A stretch of 48,535 nucleotides of DNA from a virus (Duplodnaviria; Caudoviricetes), in IMG/VR virus record IMGVR_UViG_3300032290_000188, positions 1-48,535 of that record. One strand, written 5' to 3'. Position numbers and translations under genes: made by a program. This document shows, in pieces, positions 46,570-48,535 of this stretch. Under the pieces are notes generated by a model. It saw only the letters and a list, made by a program, of their open reading frames with translations, did not search any database and had not been told where the DNA came from. Within the stretch, counting starts at the first letter, position 1, and each line of letters opens with the position of its first letter.

Positions 46570-47176
46570 CATCCCCACCGTCTACATTAACATGGATAGA
46601 CGCACCGATCTCCGAGAGCGAATGGAATCCATGTTTTCTAGACTTGGATTCACCAATGTTCACAGATCGCCTGGTGTAGTTGTCCCCGATGCACCAGTAT
46701 GTGTTGGAATCTCATACGCATTCAAGAACGCATTTGACCTGGCCCGATCAGTAAGCAACGGCGGCCCGTTCTTGATGTTGGAGGACGATGTGATCCCAAG
46801 ACAGTCGTTTGCTGCTGATATTGAAGTTCCTGACGATTTCGATGCCGTGTATCTTGGAATATCATCATGGGGATTGCGTGACGGTGTTCCAGGCCCGTAT
46901 ACCTCTGCAACCTATGTCTCTGACACTCTGGCAAGATTGCATACCATGCTTTCTGGCCACGCGATCTTGTACGCTGGCTCAGACAAAGAGTACACCAAGA
47001 CCGTTCACGGTCTGATGGACACATCTGCTCAAGCAAAAACATACCAAGACATTGAGTTTGCAAAGACTATGCCACGCTACAATGTTTACGCTTTTGTAGA
47101 CCCTATGTTCTATCAGACTTCTCAATCAGAACCAACAAATCTGAAACTTACAGATTTCGTATGCCGAAAGCGTTGA
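46550..47176 (+). CDS. GT25-like glycosyltransferase (paralog of 18883-19548)
   Basis: YINMDRRTD, LMLEDDV, DAVYLGIS, MLSGHAILY, PMFYQ; GTG start inferred by alignment to the paralog. Confidence 0.8.
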   Translation: MKVNLTSIPTVYINMDRRTDLRERMESMFSRLGFTNVHRSPGVVVPDAPVCVGISYAFKNAFDLARSVSNGGPFLMLEDDVIPRQSFAADIEVPDDFDAVYLGISSWGLRDGVPGPYTSATYVSDTLARLHTMLSGHAILYAGSDKEYTKTVHGLMDTSAQAKTYQDIEFAKTMPRYNVYAFVDPMFYQTSQSEPTNLKLTDFVCRKR

Positions 47177-47190
47177 TAGGGCATAAATAT

Positions 47191-47333
47191 CAGCGTTCCC
47201 CAACACTACTTCACGGAGTCGGTCGTTGGGACGGTGCAAGCGTGATTACGCTATTCACCGTGCGTCGAGACTTCACACCGACGAGGAACTTCGCTACCGC
47301 CCACCCGTACTTCGGTACGGGTGGGTTTTCTTT
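47191..47333 (+). ncRNA. Candidate structured small RNA
   Basis: Flanked by a TAAATA box (47184-47189) and a strong terminator; several nested stems forming a multi-way junction. Confidence 0.55.
47300..47333 (+). terminator. Rho-independent terminator
   Basis: CCCACCCGTAC-TTCG-GTACGGGTGGG 11-bp stem with UUCG loop, followed by TTTTCTTT. Confidence 0.93.
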
Positions 47334-47363
47334 GGCGTCTACATATACCAAAGTGAGGACTAT

Positions 47364-47978
47364 ATGGAAGACTCAATCGTAAACGAAGCAGTAGCGACAC
47401 CAGCCGATGAAATGCCAGGATTCTTTTCCAATGCGCTGAAACCTCTCAAGCGCAAAACCGATGCTCGTGGAAATCTACTGCCTGATCCCGAGAATACTGC
47501 AAAATCTGCAATAGAAAAGCGCAAAAGCGAACGCGCCCTCAAAGTAAACATGGCAGACTCAAGAGCAGAAGTTGATCGTCTACTAAAGATGAAGAAGACG
47601 GCAGAGATTGATGCCATGGGATTCGATCCAAGCAATCAAACCAAAGAGAAAGATGTAGTCATCATCTTGAAGCGTGTAGTGCTTGGAAAGCCAGAGTTCA
47701 TCCTTAAGAGCAACAAGAAAGAAGTGGTTCCCGAAACTAGCAGTCTAGGTGGAGTCACATGGGCATACGCAGGACAGACAAGTAAAAAGGTAGTCGTGAA
47801 TGCAGTTCATTCTATTCGCATGACCGAATCTCTGATCGAACGAATTGTGAAGCGCGAAGACGGTAAATACGAAGTGGTTTCTAAAGACGGCGACCGTAGT
47901 TTTGGTGTTTACAGTTCTGAGGAAGCAGCAAAGAAGAGACTACAGCAGATTGAGTTCTTCAAGCACATGAAGGGATAA
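47364..47978 (+). CDS. Hypothetical protein, possibly virion/head-associated
   Basis: GAGG RBS, TACATA at 47340-47345; the ORF-track start 47226 would run through the terminator. Confidence 0.7.
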   Translation: MEDSIVNEAVATPADEMPGFFSNALKPLKRKTDARGNLLPDPENTAKSAIEKRKSERALKVNMADSRAEVDRLLKMKKTAEIDAMGFDPSNQTKEKDVVIILKRVVLGKPEFILKSNKKEVVPETSSLGGVTWAYAGQTSKKVVVNAVHSIRMTESLIERIVKREDGKYEVVSKDGDRSFGVYSSEEAAKKRLQQIEFFKHMKG

Positions 47979-47981
47979 CCC

Positions 47982-48535
47982 ATGAAGTCATTTGCAGCAT
48001 ACTTCAAGCGCATAGATGAAATTGTCAAAATCGCTGTCAACGCAGCAGTTTTGGTGAACGAAGACCTACCAACCAAGCAGGTTGATACCAAGCAGTTTCC
48101 AAATCCAATAACCCAAACTCTTGCCAAGATTTTCACAACTAAGGGAGCGATGGACGGAAATCCAGGCGATGATATCGTTGCAACTGTATCTGCACAGATC
48201 CCTGCACAAACTTTGATGCCTACTCAGAGCGAAATCTTCTTGGGTAAAGCACTTGGTATGGCCATTGGTGGTGTTGCGGGTGGCGATCTAAAGGCAATCA
48301 TCTCAAAGGATAACTACATTCTTGACGGACATCACAGATGGGCAGCAACCATGCTCTCAAATCCTAGTGCAAAGGTCGGAGGCCTCAAAGCAAATCTAGG
48401 TATTGGAGACTTGGTGCCTGTGTTGCGGGCATTGGGAGATGTGTTCAACAATCCACGCCGAGGCAATCCAGGCGGAGGAGACATCAATCTGTACGATTCC
48501 AAGTTTGAAGACGCTCTTGCAATAATCAACGAAGG
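47982..48535 (+). CDS. ParB/Srx-like domain protein (3'-truncated; not in ORF track)
   Basis: Manual translation MKSFAAYFKRIDE...LMPTQSEI...IISKDNYILDGHHRWAA; open to the window end. Confidence 0.8.
   Translation, partial: MKSFAAYFKRIDEIVKIAVNAAVLVNEDLPTKQVDTKQFPNPITQTLAKIFTTKGAMDGNPGDDIVATVSAQIPAQTLMPTQSEIFLGKALGMAIGGVAGGDLKAIISKDNYILDGHHRWAATMLSNPSAKVGGLKANLGIGDLVPVLRALGDVFNNPRRGNPGGGDINLYDSKFEDALAIINE

Noticed and set aside
47191-47295. tRNA call for the cloverleaf-like structure
   Set aside because: No GTTCRA T-loop, no canonical D-loop or 7-bp acceptor stem, and no CCA end
47226-47363. N-terminal extension of the 47226-47978 ORF
   Set aside because: It runs through a strong terminator and structured RNA; ATG 47364 has a GAGG RBS and its own promoter-like box
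1-48535. CRISPR array, integrase/transposase, reverse transcriptase (retron/DGR), introns or inteins
   Set aside because: No spaced direct repeats or such motifs seen; gp43, gp41, uvsX and nrdJ are uninterrupted and of normal length
1-48535. Stop-codon reassignment
   Set aside because: Core genes are full length in code 11, and TAA, TGA and TAG all end genes at expected positions

Overview
A 48.5-kb segment of a large T4-like (exo-T-even/cyanophage-type gene order) myophage genome, with all credible genes on the + strand. The core runs gp23-gp3-uvsY-uvsW-gp55-gp47-gp46 ... rnh-gp45-gp44-gp62-regA ... gp43-uvsX-gp41-gp61-thyX-nrdJ. Three accessory modules are inserted into it. (1) At 8.4-12.8 kb, a translationally coupled cassette encodes an atypical DNA-MTase-fold protein, a PLP enzyme resembling phage thymidine-hypermodification decarboxylases, a large amino-MTase and a catalytically eroded glutamine synthetase II. 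This is the best candidate for an undescribed DNA base-modification system. (2) Two glycosylation islands (18.9-28.8 kb and 45.0-47.2 kb) encode GT60, HtrL-like, PLOD-like, GT10, GT6, GT11 and GT25 enzymes plus methyltransferases. (3) At 40.2-45.0 kb, a host-envelope cassette encodes a beta-barrel, a PEP-CTERM-like protein and a tandem cohesin-like protein, pointing to a Planctomycetota (Phycisphaerae-like) host. Non-coding signals include sigma70-like promoters with a uniform 16-nt spacer, TA(A/C)ATA late-promoter-like boxes, a candidate free-standing structured ncRNA at ~47.19-47.33 kb, and apparent avoidance of ACGT and AGCT. All family calls come from motif recognition by eye; no database searches were run.
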